Positions 9,793 to 19,245 of a stretch of DNA of 64,000 bases are shown here, piece after piece (position 1 is the first letter of the stretch; every line of letters begins with the position of its first letter). Source of the DNA: Candidatus Multivoradales bacterium (GTDB lineage Bacteria; Acidobacteriota; Thermoanaerobaculia; Multivoradales; Multivoraceae); NCBI GenBank assembly GCA_965223325.1, contig CBDCWI010000002.1:3552001-3616000 (forward strand), read 5' to 3'. Position numbers and translations under genes: made by a program. Below the pieces are notes generated by a model. It was not told the origin of the DNA. It ran no database searches and saw only the letters and a program-made list of their open reading frames with translations.

Positions 9793-11094
9793 ATGACGGC
9801 CAACCAGAAGGGCGAACGCTCGGTGCGCGTCGCGGGTGTCAGCAAGCGCTACCGACGGGTCGCTGCAGGTTACAAGTTCCGCACCTTGAAGAGTGCCCTG
9901 CTCGGTGGTGCCTTGACCGGCGGCCTGCGCGACGAGGACACCATCGAAGCACTGCGCGCGGTCGACTTCGAGGTCGGTCGCGGCGAAGCGTTCGGTGTCA
10001 TCGGGGGCAACGGCTCGGGTAAGTCGACGCTCCTCAAGTTGATCTCTGGCCTCTTGCCGCCCACCGCAGGCACGATTGATGTCAGGGGTCGCCTGGCGGC
10101 GATGATCGAGCTCGGCGCGGGCTTTCACCCGGAGATCTCAGGCCGCGAGAACGTCTTCATCAACGGTTCGGTTCTCGGCCTCACGCGTCGCCAGGTGCGG
10201 GAGCGCTACGACCGCATCGTCGAGTTCTCGGGGCTCGAAGACTTCATGGAAGAGCCGGTCAAGAACTACTCCTCTGGCATGTACGTGCGCCTGGGCTTCG
10301 CGGTGGCCATTCATACCGATCCCGACGTCTTGCTGGTCGACGAAGTGCTCTCGGTGGGCGACGAAGCCTTCGGTCGCAAGTGCTTGGCGCGGCTCGAGGA
10401 GCACCTGGCCGACGGTGGAACGCTTCTGGTCGTCAGCCACTCGCTCGACCTCGTCGAGTCTCTCTGCGACCGTGTTCTGTGGCTCGATCGACCAGGCAGC
10501 GGTGCGGAGGGCTCGAGCATGAGAATGCTCGGCGAGCCGCGACGCGTCATCGACGCCTACCGCCAGGCGGTTTCGACCGGGGTTGGTGAACTGCATGCAC
10601 GGCTGGACGCAGAAGCGGCCACCAGCCATGAACGGTGGGGTTCCGAGGAGGCGCACATCACAGCTGCTCGCATTCTCGCCGGACCCGAAGACGACCAGGG
10701 CGAACGACACGACCTCGAGTCGGGCGAAGCCGTCACGTTCGAGTTCGATGTCGAAACGCGTCAACCTCTTGCTGATTTCGTCTTCGGGATCGCGGTGTCT
10801 ACTCCACGCGGGGCCCTGTGCTGGGGCACCAACACGGACCTTGCGGGCTTCGAACCCGAGCGCTTCGAAGGCAGGGCGACGGTGCGCATCGGCGTTCCGG
10901 CACTCCGTCTGGCGCCCGGCGAGTATCACGTCGACCTGGCGGTGCACGCCAGGAACGGAACGCCGTACGACTATTGGAAACGCTGCCTGACGTTCGACGT
11001 TCGAGCACAGCGAGACTCGGCAGGCGTCTATCAGCCGCGACACCGTTGGAGCGTTGCGGGTGCCATCGAGTGGAAGAAGCCCCCCGGCGACTGA
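9793..11094 (+). CDS. wzt: Polysaccharide ABC exporter ATPase with C-terminal carbohydrate-binding (Wzt_C) domain
   Basis: GGNGSGKST, ELGAGFHPEISGREN, YSSGMYVRLGF, LLVDEVL; C-terminal RWGS..LAPGEYHVDLAVH Ig-like domain; ATG 9793 follows the wzm stop. Confidence 0.93.
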   Translation: MTANQKGERSVRVAGVSKRYRRVAAGYKFRTLKSALLGGALTGGLRDEDTIEALRAVDFEVGRGEAFGVIGGNGSGKSTLLKLISGLLPPTAGTIDVRGRLAAMIELGAGFHPEISGRENVFINGSVLGLTRRQVRERYDRIVEFSGLEDFMEEPVKNYSSGMYVRLGFAVAIHTDPDVLLVDEVLSVGDEAFGRKCLARLEEHLADGGTLLVVSHSLDLVESLCDRVLWLDRPGSGAEGSSMRMLGEPRRVIDAYRQAVSTGVGELHARLDAEAATSHERWGSEEAHITAARILAGPEDDQGERHDLESGEAVTFEFDVETRQPLADFVFGIAVSTPRGALCWGTNTDLAGFEPERFEGRATVRIGVPALRLAPGEYHVDLAVHARNGTPYDYWKRCLTFDVRAQRDSAGVYQPRHRWSVAGAIEWKKPPGD

Positions 11095-11376
11095 ACCTCG
11101 AGTCGATTCAGCCGCCTTGTGGCGACGGAATGCCGAACTCTGTCGACGAGGGCTGCGATCTGGCGTTCACGGACGGAGGTCATGGGTTTCTCTTGCCGGG
11201 ATCTCGGGTTCGAAGGCTGAGGGGCAAAGCAAGGCCGAGCGGAGGGAGGGCGGTTCCCTCACCCCGCAGGGCTCAATGGTCTAGCCTATCGAGTGGCCAG
11301 CCACCGCCCGAGCCGGCTTTCGTCCGTTGACGCAGAACACCGTCAGCCCAACTGACCTCAAACGATAGGAACTCCG

Positions 11377-11670
11377 ATGGCAGATTCACCAGAGAGACAA
11401 CCCAACGCTCAAGAAATCAACGTCAAAATCGAAGATAGCGAGCTCAAGGGGCGCTACTCGAACCTCCTGCGCATAACGCATACGCATGAAGAGTTCTTCC
11501 TCGACTTCATCAACCTAGTGCCACCGCAGGGCATCGTGACGGCGCGCATCGTCACCAGCCCGGGGCACCTGAAACGCATCATCGGTGCTCTGCAGCACAA
11601 CCTGACTCGCTACGAAACGGCCCACGGGCCGATCACCGAGGCACCCGATCCAACCGGACAGGTTCACTAG
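11377..11670 (+). CDS. DUF3467-family protein
   Basis: GRYSNLLRITHTHEEFFLDF..ARIVTSPGHLKRIIGALQHNL..YE..HGPI. Confidence 0.85.
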   Translation: MADSPERQPNAQEINVKIEDSELKGRYSNLLRITHTHEEFFLDFINLVPPQGIVTARIVTSPGHLKRIIGALQHNLTRYETAHGPITEAPDPTGQVH

Positions 11671-11832
11671 TACCCCGTACCATTGAAACGGATAGTGGCT
11701 GAGCGGATGATCGTGCTCGAGATCAAGGCGTCACGACAGAGGCATATTGGTGATCTGTCGAGGAGTGACAACACAGAGATCGAGCGCGAGGACCGCGCAG
11801 ACGCTGTGCGGTTCCATGGTACGGGGTACTAG
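11667..11832. mobile_element. MITE-like hairpin element, full copy 1 (166 bp)
   Basis: Perfect 17-bp terminal inverted repeat CTAGTACCCCGTACCAT / ATGGTACGGGGTACTAG; near-identical to 53292-53456; the left CTAG contains the DUF3467 stop codon. Confidence 0.85.
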
Positions 11833-11950
11833 AGAAAGATAGTCTCTAGCGACCTCCGGAGGGTCTCTGCGTTCGCAGCCCCCCTCCACGCCGGCCCACC
11901 GAGGGGCGCCCCCTCTTCCCCGCTACATGCTTTCCCCGCGGAGAACCTCC

Positions 11951-13783
11951 ATGACGACGACCGAACCCCCAGTTGCTCCACCGCCTCAGCTGTCGGGCTG
12001 GGATCTCTCCGAGTTGTTGCCCGACGCCGAGGGTGAGGGCATAGAGCGCGCGCTGGCCGACGTCGAGTCCCGGACCACAGCGTTTGCAAAGAAGCGTGAA
12101 AGCCTGTCGGAAAACATCGGAGGCCCGGCCCTGTTCGAGATCCTCGGCGAGTACGAAGCGCTGCTCGAGGCGGTCTACCGTGTCTCCGGCTACGGCTCGC
12201 TTTGGTTCTCCTCCGACACCCAGTCCGACGCTGCGCTCGCCTACCGCAACCGGGTCCAGCAGGTGATGACCGGGGTCCAGAACCGGACCCTCTTCTTCAG
12301 CCTGTGGTGGCAGGAGCAGAGCAAAGAGACCGCGGAGCGACTGTTCGGCGAGATCGATGCCATAGAAGGCGCCTCCGATCACGCCTTCTTCCTGCGCGAC
12401 CTGCGTCGCCTCGAGCCCTACAAGCTCGACGAGGCACGCGAGCAGATCGTCAATCTCAAAGATGCCGATGGAATCGGCGCTGTCTTGACGCTCTACTCAA
12501 TGATGACCAATGCCTTCGAGTATCACCTCGAGCTCGACGGCGAGGCCAGCGGTCCGCTGACTCGTGATGGCTTGATGGCCTACGTGCACTCGGACAACCC
12601 AGAGCACCGAGCCACGGCCTACCAAGAGCTCTACCGCGTCTACGGCGAGAACTCGAAAGTGCTCGCTCAGATGTACACCAACCGGGTGCGCGACTGGCAC
12701 AACGAAAACGTTGAGCTGCGCGGCCATCGCTCGCCGATCGCAGTGCGCAACGTCTCGAACGACATTCCCGACGAAGCAGTGCAGGCACTGCTCGAGCGCG
12801 CGCGCGCCAACGCGCCGCTCTTCCAGCGCTACTTCAGGCTCAAGGCTGGTTGGCTGGGCAAAGAAAAGCTCGGTGGCAGCGATGTCTTGAGGCGCTACGA
12901 CATCTACGCACCCCTGGCGACATCTGATCGGCGTATCGACTACGCCGATGCGGTGGCCACCGTGCTCGACACCTTCGACCGTTTCGATTCGGACGTCGGG
13001 CAGCACGCGCGCCGGGTGTTCAGGGAGAACCACATCGACAGCGAGCCGCGCCCTGGCAAGCGTGGCGGTGCCTTCTGCGCCACCATCTCCCCCGCCCTCA
13101 CTCCCTGGGTGCTGGTCAACTACACCGGTCGACTACGTGACGTCGCGACGCTGGCACATGAGATGGGACACGCCATCCACAGCATGCTCGCCGAGGATCA
13201 CTCGATCCTCACTCAGCACCCTTGTCTGCCGCTCGCCGAGACCGCGTCGGTGTTCGCCGAGATCTTGATGACCGACAAGCTGCTAGCGGAGCAGGACGAT
13301 CCGTTGGCCAAACGAGAGCTCCTGGCGACCGCGGTCGATGACATGTACGCAACGGTCATGCGCCAGGCCTTCTTTGTGATGTTCGAAGAGGAGGCGCACG
13401 CTCTGATCATGGAGGGCAGTACGGCCGAGGAGCTACACGAGCTCTACATGGCCAACCTCGAGCGCCAGTTCGCCGACTCGGTCGAGCTGGCTCCTGAGTT
13501 TCGCTATGAGTGGTTGTCGATTCCCCATATCTATTCGACTCCGTTCTACTGCTACGCCTACAGCTTCGGTCAGCTATTGGTCCTGGCCCTCTACCGTCGG
13601 TACCAAGAAGAGGGGGAGGCTTTCAAACCGGGGTACATCGAGCTGCTGGCCACCGGCGGTTCACAACGCCCCGAGGAAGTTCTCCAACGCGCCGGCGTCG
13701 ATGTCCGCAGTTCCGATTTCTGGCAGGGTGGTTTCGACGTGATTGCCGAGATGATCGCGGAGCTCGAAGAGCTGTCTACCTAG
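11951..13783 (+). CDS. pepF: Oligoendopeptidase F (peptidase M3B)
   Basis: WDLSEL N-terminus, GKRGGAFC, TLAHEMGHAIH (HExxH), LAETAS, PHIYSTPFYCYAYSFG. Confidence 0.93.
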   Translation: MTTTEPPVAPPPQLSGWDLSELLPDAEGEGIERALADVESRTTAFAKKRESLSENIGGPALFEILGEYEALLEAVYRVSGYGSLWFSSDTQSDAALAYRNRVQQVMTGVQNRTLFFSLWWQEQSKETAERLFGEIDAIEGASDHAFFLRDLRRLEPYKLDEAREQIVNLKDADGIGAVLTLYSMMTNAFEYHLELDGEASGPLTRDGLMAYVHSDNPEHRATAYQELYRVYGENSKVLAQMYTNRVRDWHNENVELRGHRSPIAVRNVSNDIPDEAVQALLERARANAPLFQRYFRLKAGWLGKEKLGGSDVLRRYDIYAPLATSDRRIDYADAVATVLDTFDRFDSDVGQHARRVFRENHIDSEPRPGKRGGAFCATISPALTPWVLVNYTGRLRDVATLAHEMGHAIHSMLAEDHSILTQHPCLPLAETASVFAEILMTDKLLAEQDDPLAKRELLATAVDDMYATVMRQAFFVMFEEEAHALIMEGSTAEELHELYMANLERQFADSVELAPEFRYEWLSIPHIYSTPFYCYAYSFGQLLVLALYRRYQEEGEAFKPGYIELLATGGSQRPEEVLQRAGVDVRSSDFWQGGFDVIAEMIAELEELST

Positions 13784-13876
13784 GGAGATAGGGGCGTCGG
13801 CCCGAGATTCATTAAACTCGGGAATCTAGAAGGCCGCCCCACAGCGGCGCGCGGAGCCCATGAGAAGGAGTCTCGA

Positions 13877-15487
13877 ATGCGCCTTGGCATCTTCAGCAGT
13901 CAGCCCACGTTCCGTTGGGCCCGGAACATGATCCTCGCGGGCTGGACCGCCGCGCTTCTGGTCGCGGGTGCGCCGGTAGCAGCAGCCCCTCAGTCGCCGA
14001 CGTTTGCGCGCGACGTCGCCCCGATCTTCTTCAACCATTGCGGCGAGTGCCACCGTCCAGGTGAGATCGCCCCCATGTCACTACTCTCCTATGGCGAGGC
14101 CCGCCCGTGGGCCAAGTCGATCGCCAGGGCGGTCAAGGCGCGCGAGATGCCGCCGTGGAGCGGCGAGTCCGATCAACACCAGTGGGCCAACGACATCTCG
14201 CTTTCCGACGATCAGATTACGACCATCGTCCGTTGGGTCGAAGACGGTGCGCCCGAGGGCGACCCGGCGAACCTGCCCGAAGTCCCGGAGTTCACCAACG
14301 GCTGGAAGCTCGGCGAGCCCGACGAGATCCTGACGCTCGAACCGGTCGAAGTCGCGGCCGAGGGCGACGACATCTTTCCCAAGCAGTACGTCGAGTTGAA
14401 CCTCGACGAGCCCCGTTGGGTGCGCGCGATCGAGTTCCTGCCCAGCGACCGTCGGGTCGCTCACCACTTGCAGGCGACGTACACGTCACCCTCCAACAAC
14501 GGCGGGGGTCGCGGCATTTTCGGAATCTGGACTGCAGGTATGCCTCCCTACGTGTTCCCGGATGGCATGGGCCGCGCCCTGGGTGCCGGCACCACCAAGA
14601 TCCTCGTCGACCTGCACTATCACCCGATGGGCGAGGCTGCGACCGATCAGATGCGCATCGGCGTCTACTACGGTGAAGGCGAGCTGCAGAAAGAGGTCGC
14701 AACGATTCCGGTCACCAACACTGGTCTGCGTATTCCGCCCGGTGCCGATCACCATGCCGAGAAGGCCCACTACCTGTTCGACAAGGATATGCAGGTTCTG
14801 GCCTTTTCGCCCCACATGCATGTACGCGGGAAGGCGATGAAGTATGAGTTGACATACCCGGACGGTGAGCGCGAAACCCTTCTCGATGTGCCGAAGTACG
14901 ACTACAACTGGCAGTGGCTGTACTACCCGAAGTCGCCGATCGAGATACCGGCCGGGAGTCGAGTCGATGTGACCGCCGTCTGGGACAACTCAGAAGGCAA
15001 CCCCGCGAACCCCGATCCGTCGAAAGAGATCATCTATCGCGGGGACACCTTCAGCGAGATGTTCGTCGGTTTCCTCGAGGTCATCCAGAAGGACGGCGTC
15101 TACCACCAACCGCAGCCGGCGCGCGAGAAGATCTCCACCCTGTTGGCGCAGTATCCGCCAGAGGACTCCTTCTTTATCGATGGCTTCTTGAAAGTCGGCT
15201 TCCATGCTCCCCGAGACGGTGAAGGCTGGCTATACCTCGGGAGCGGCCTGGTCGTCTTCTCGACGACCCTCGACGACTACCAGTGGGAGGGTTCTCGCCT
15301 GGTGATCAACACCCAGTTCCCAACCGCTGAAGCGAGTGCCACCACCACGGTGATCAGAGGCGAGGTGGGGGAAGACGGCCGCTTCGTCGGGACCCTGATC
15401 GTCGGCTCAGACACAGTGACGCCGATGAAGGTCCCGGTTGTCGGTATGCCGATGGGAGTGAGCCCCGACACGACCTCCGCTGGGTAG
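13877..15487 (+). CDS. Secreted c-type cytochrome fused to a copper type II (PHM/DBM-like) monooxygenase domain
   Basis: Signal peptide; PTFARDVAPIF..CGECH..MPPW; VAHH, LHYH, PHMHVRGK, YDYNWQ, EMF; start may be 13928. Confidence 0.75.
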   Translation: MRLGIFSSQPTFRWARNMILAGWTAALLVAGAPVAAAPQSPTFARDVAPIFFNHCGECHRPGEIAPMSLLSYGEARPWAKSIARAVKAREMPPWSGESDQHQWANDISLSDDQITTIVRWVEDGAPEGDPANLPEVPEFTNGWKLGEPDEILTLEPVEVAAEGDDIFPKQYVELNLDEPRWVRAIEFLPSDRRVAHHLQATYTSPSNNGGGRGIFGIWTAGMPPYVFPDGMGRALGAGTTKILVDLHYHPMGEAATDQMRIGVYYGEGELQKEVATIPVTNTGLRIPPGADHHAEKAHYLFDKDMQVLAFSPHMHVRGKAMKYELTYPDGERETLLDVPKYDYNWQWLYYPKSPIEIPAGSRVDVTAVWDNSEGNPANPDPSKEIIYRGDTFSEMFVGFLEVIQKDGVYHQPQPAREKISTLLAQYPPEDSFFIDGFLKVGFHAPRDGEGWLYLGSGLVVFSTTLDDYQWEGSRLVINTQFPTAEASATTTVIRGEVGEDGRFVGTLIVGSDTVTPMKVPVVGMPMGVSPDTTSAG

Positions 15488-15515
15488 CTGCGACGCCGCT
15501 CCTGGCCCCTGACCC

Positions 15516-16073
15516 CTAGACGGGTGCCAGGGGTTGCCAGGGCTTCGAAGGCAAAAGCACCCTGATCGGATCGTTGGGCTCCGTGCTTCCTGGCTTCCGG
15601 ACGACCGCCATGACGCCGGCCTTGCGGATCAGTTCACCGTCGCTGGTGCGATCGAGGCAGGCAGCCATGAGCCCGGGCTTCAGACCATCGAGCTGAGCGC
15701 AAGGGTTACGCAGGCCAGTCACTTCGACGAGGCATGTGTTCCCCAGTCGGAGCCGGCTTCCGGTGGGCAGATCGAGCAGATTGATGCCGCGGGTGAGAAT
15801 GTTCTCGCCCATTTCGCCGGCCGCGACTTCGATTCCGATGGTCGCCAGCTCGTCGTGCAACTCGGCGTGCAGCAGATGAACTTGACGAAGGTTGGGCTGG
15901 TTCGGGTCCTGCCTGACGCGCGAACGGTGTTTGACCAGCGAGCCTCGATGGGCATCGCCGGAGACCCCGTCGGCAACGATCTCGAGGCGGGACCGAGTCG
16001 CCTTACTCATTGTGTGCAGGCCGCTGGCAGCCACGGCGACGACGGTGCCGCGCTCGGCGGGAGGACGACTCAT
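15516..16073 (-). CDS. MOSC domain protein (YiiM-like)
   Basis: GDAH, RQVHL, GEMGENI, EVTGLRNPCAQL, KAGVMAVV. Confidence 0.9.
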   Translation of the reverse strand: MSRPPAERGTVVAVAASGLHTMSKATRSRLEIVADGVSGDAHRGSLVKHRSRVRQDPNQPNLRQVHLLHAELHDELATIGIEVAAGEMGENILTRGINLLDLPTGSRLRLGNTCLVEVTGLRNPCAQLDGLKPGLMAACLDRTSDGELIRKAGVMAVVRKPGSTEPNDPIRVLLPSKPWQPLAPV

Positions 16074-16105
16074 CGGCCGGACAGGGGATCGCCCGTTTTT
16101 CTCGA

Positions 16106-16628
16106 ATGACGCGGCGCGGAAAGGAAGTGGGAAGTGACCGTCGGCATCTTACGATTTTACGTTTTCTGGGTTTAGTTGTGTTGTCGGTCGCGTCACTTTC
16201 GGCGCAGCACGACAATCCCCACGGTATCTCGTTGGTGGTCGCATCGGATGGCACCGCGGTCCTCGATGGTGATGATCTAGTGGGGCACGACTCGTCTCCG
16301 AACAACCTGCGGGTGCGGACCTTCGACTCGGTGACCTACCGCATCGACTGGAACACCAACCACCTCCTTCGACGATGTGGTCTGTGTTGACCCCAATGGC
16401 AAGACGCTGCCACCAGGGCTCAATCCGACCGAGGATCCAGATGCCGGAGCCGATCGTCGAGCCGCTGTCGCGCTCGGCGGTGCCGACGTAGGTGGGCTCA
16501 ACTTCGGCTTCGAAGGTGACCTCCAGGTCTACACGATTCCAACCCTCGGCAACCTCGGGCTCTTCTTGCTAGCCGGGCTCCTGCTGGTCGTAGCCATGCG
16601 CCGCGCCGCCGGGTCCGCGGTGGGATGA
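16106..16628 (+). pseudogene. Remnant of a large surface protein gene: N-terminus joined out of frame to a partial SdrD-B-like repeat and an IPTL-CTERM tail
   Basis: Frame 1: signal peptide then DGTAVLDGDD..DSSPNNLRVRTFDSVTYRIDWNTN, stop at 16390. Frame 2 from ~16360: VDP..TLPPGLNPTEDPD..LNFGF..IPTLG, a TM helix, then RR. Confidence 0.6.
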
Positions 16629-16795
16629 ACGGCGCGAGGGAGCCCTACAAGCGAGTCGTGCTCGGCACATGCGGAGCCAAGCTTCGGACGCCGGCATGCC
16701 CCTTTAGGAATCGCCGCAGGACATGCGCCTGCAGTGGGCGCTGGATGACGCTAGGCTACGCCCCGCATCACCGCTGCGGCTACTGGAGATCCTGT

Positions 16796-19243
16796 ATGTC
16801 AAGACCCTTCCCCGAGCGCCATCGCATCTCTCAACCCGCCGGCGATTCGCCGGCTTGCCACCGGTTCCTCGTCGCTTCGGCGGTAGGTCTGTTGGCTGGC
16901 CTCTTCCTCTGGTCAGCGGGGCTGGTGGGGCAAGAAGGCGAGCCCGCCGCCGTTGAAGACACGGTAACCGTGACCGCTCAGCGCGTCGAAGAGAGCGCCC
17001 AGGACGTTCCCGTGTCGTTGGTCACCTTCGATGCCGAAGAGCTCGAGACCCGCGCTGTCTCAGACGTGCAAGACCTTGCCGAGGCCGCTCCAGGCCTGGT
17101 GGTGTCCGGGCAGAGTTCGAGCAACGGCGAGGTCGCTCTCTACATTCGTGGCATTGGCTCGAACACCTTCGGGCTTGGGACCGAGTCGACAGTCGGCTAC
17201 TACGTCGACGGAGTCTACATTCCTCGCCCGCAGGGGTTTCTCAACCAGTTTCTCGATCTCGACCGCATCGAAGTCCTGCGTGGACCTCAAGGTACCCTGT
17301 GGGGTCGAAACTCTACCGGCGGTGCCATCAATGTCGTTACACGAGCACCGTCGGCCGACTTCAAGGGGCGCCTACTCGCCCAGTACGGTGAGTACGCTGG
17401 CGATGACAGCCCCGAGAACCACGGGATCTCGTTCTCGCTCAACGGGGCCTTGTCCGAACGTGTCTTCGGGCGTCTGTCTGCGAGCCTCGACCAGGCGACG
17501 GACTTCACGTTCAACGAACTGTCGAACTCGAGTGTCGACAACCGTGACGGTTGGAGCACCCGAGGTGCCGTAACCTTTCTGCCCAGCGACAGCGTCTCGG
17601 TGACCGTCCGCGGCGATCTCGCCGACAACGAGAGTCACAACAACTTCAACTTCAAGCCCGGGAACACCTCACCCAACAGCACCTTGGGCACGCTGTTGCG
17701 TTTCTATGGTCTCGATACACCGTCGCACCCACATCGGATCGCTGCGAACATCGCACCGGTAGCAGAGTACGAAGAGAGTGGTGTCTCAGTCGCCGTCGAC
17801 TGGGTCCTGGGTACCAGCGGTACGATCTTGACCTCGACCAGCAGCCTGCGCGAGTTCGATTCGCGGCGCGTCGGCGACATCGACGGAACCCAGCTCGACT
17901 TCGTGGAGAATCAAGGCACCTTCGACTCCGAGTGGTGGTCGCAAGAGCTAACGCTCAATGGTGCGAGTGACAAGGTGGATTGGATCGCTGGCGCCTACCT
18001 CTTCCATGAAGAGGGCTCGACCAACATCGACACCCTCTCAGACCTGGCGCTGTTCGAAGTTCAGTTCTTCGCCAACAACCCTGGTCTCTTCCTGTTCAAC
18101 CCCGTCGACTTCTGCTCGCTCGGTTTCATCGCCCCGTCGTTTCTCTGTGGCGCCGACTACTACAACGCCATCGCACCCTTCGTGGGCCTCAGCGTGCCGG
18201 GCGCGAAATCGACCGGCAACTTCTTCGTCACCGATCTCGAGACCGATTCCTACGCTCTTTTCGGACAGCTCGCCTGGCACTTGAACGAGCACTGGTCCTT
18301 GGTCGGCGGGTTGCGCTATACCGAGGACGACAAAGATCACGACCAGCAGGCCTTCGACTTTGCGACCTTGATGCCGATTCGCCAGGTCGATCGGGACAGC
18401 TGGAGCGGGTTGACGCCCAAGCTGGCCATCGAGTACCGGCCGCACGACGACGTTATGGCCTATGGCTCGGTGACCACCGGCTGGAAGAGCGGCGGCTTCA
18501 ACTCGATCAGTGTGCAGCCGTCGTTCAACGAGGAGGAGATGACGAGTTACGAGGTGGGCGTGAAGTCCACGCTCGCCGACGGCAACGTGACCCTCAACGT
18601 GGCAGCCTTTCACTACGACTACGACGATCTGCAGGTGGCGGTTCTCTTCCCCGACCGCTCGACCGTCGAGAACGCGGCCGAAGCAACCGTCGATGGTCTG
18701 GAATTCGATCTGCTCTACCGCCCGGGCCCGCGCTTTTCGGCAGAACTGGGCATCGCGCTCCTCGACGACGAGTTCGATCGCTTCACCAGTCAGGATCCGC
18801 TGGTGATTGCCGAGGCTCAGGACACCCTCAACGCAGCCGGCATCTTCGACCCGGTGGCCCTGGCCACCGCCGCTGCACTAGTGCCTACCAGCGACCTGGC
18901 AGGTCGCGGTTTGCCCCGGGCCCCTGATTCGGCCTTGAATGCCGCCCTCCAGTACCGCTTTCTCTTCGGTTCGGGCGCTTCGGTCACTGCCCGCGGCGAG
19001 TATCAGTTCACCGACGATGTCGCTTTCGATCCGTTCGCGAACTTCGTCCAGAAGAGCTACGACCAGCTGCACGCGAATCTGATGTGGGTCTCTGGGGGCA
19101 GCCGCTGGAGCGTCAACCTCTACGGCCGCAATCTCACCGATGAGCTCTACGTTGCCTCGGAAATCTTCGCGCGCGTCACGGGTTCGCTCGAGGTCTGGGC
19201 ACCACCGCGCCAGGTCGGGCTGCAGCTCGGATACAGTTTCTGA
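16796..19243 (+). CDS. TonB-dependent receptor
   Basis: TonB-box region DTVTVTAQR, YIRGIG, IEVLRGPQGTLWGRNSTGGAIN, GWKSGGFN, C-terminal GLQLGYSF; GGAG RBS before ATG 16796. Confidence 0.93.
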   Translation: MSRPFPERHRISQPAGDSPACHRFLVASAVGLLAGLFLWSAGLVGQEGEPAAVEDTVTVTAQRVEESAQDVPVSLVTFDAEELETRAVSDVQDLAEAAPGLVVSGQSSSNGEVALYIRGIGSNTFGLGTESTVGYYVDGVYIPRPQGFLNQFLDLDRIEVLRGPQGTLWGRNSTGGAINVVTRAPSADFKGRLLAQYGEYAGDDSPENHGISFSLNGALSERVFGRLSASLDQATDFTFNELSNSSVDNRDGWSTRGAVTFLPSDSVSVTVRGDLADNESHNNFNFKPGNTSPNSTLGTLLRFYGLDTPSHPHRIAANIAPVAEYEESGVSVAVDWVLGTSGTILTSTSSLREFDSRRVGDIDGTQLDFVENQGTFDSEWWSQELTLNGASDKVDWIAGAYLFHEEGSTNIDTLSDLALFEVQFFANNPGLFLFNPVDFCSLGFIAPSFLCGADYYNAIAPFVGLSVPGAKSTGNFFVTDLETDSYALFGQLAWHLNEHWSLVGGLRYTEDDKDHDQQAFDFATLMPIRQVDRDSWSGLTPKLAIEYRPHDDVMAYGSVTTGWKSGGFNSISVQPSFNEEEMTSYEVGVKSTLADGNVTLNVAAFHYDYDDLQVAVLFPDRSTVENAAEATVDGLEFDLLYRPGPRFSAELGIALLDDEFDRFTSQDPLVIAEAQDTLNAAGIFDPVALATAAALVPTSDLAGRGLPRAPDSALNAALQYRFLFGSGASVTARGEYQFTDDVAFDPFANFVQKSYDQLHANLMWVSGGSRWSVNLYGRNLTDELYVASEIFARVTGSLEVWAPPRQVGLQLGYSF

Positions 19244-19245
19244 CC

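Noticed and set aside
11095-11376. Possible small minus-strand ORF (MTSVRERQIAALVDRV..) or ncRNA in the wzt-DUF3467 gap
   Set aside because: No recognisable motif or convincing structure; cannot be supported from sequence alone
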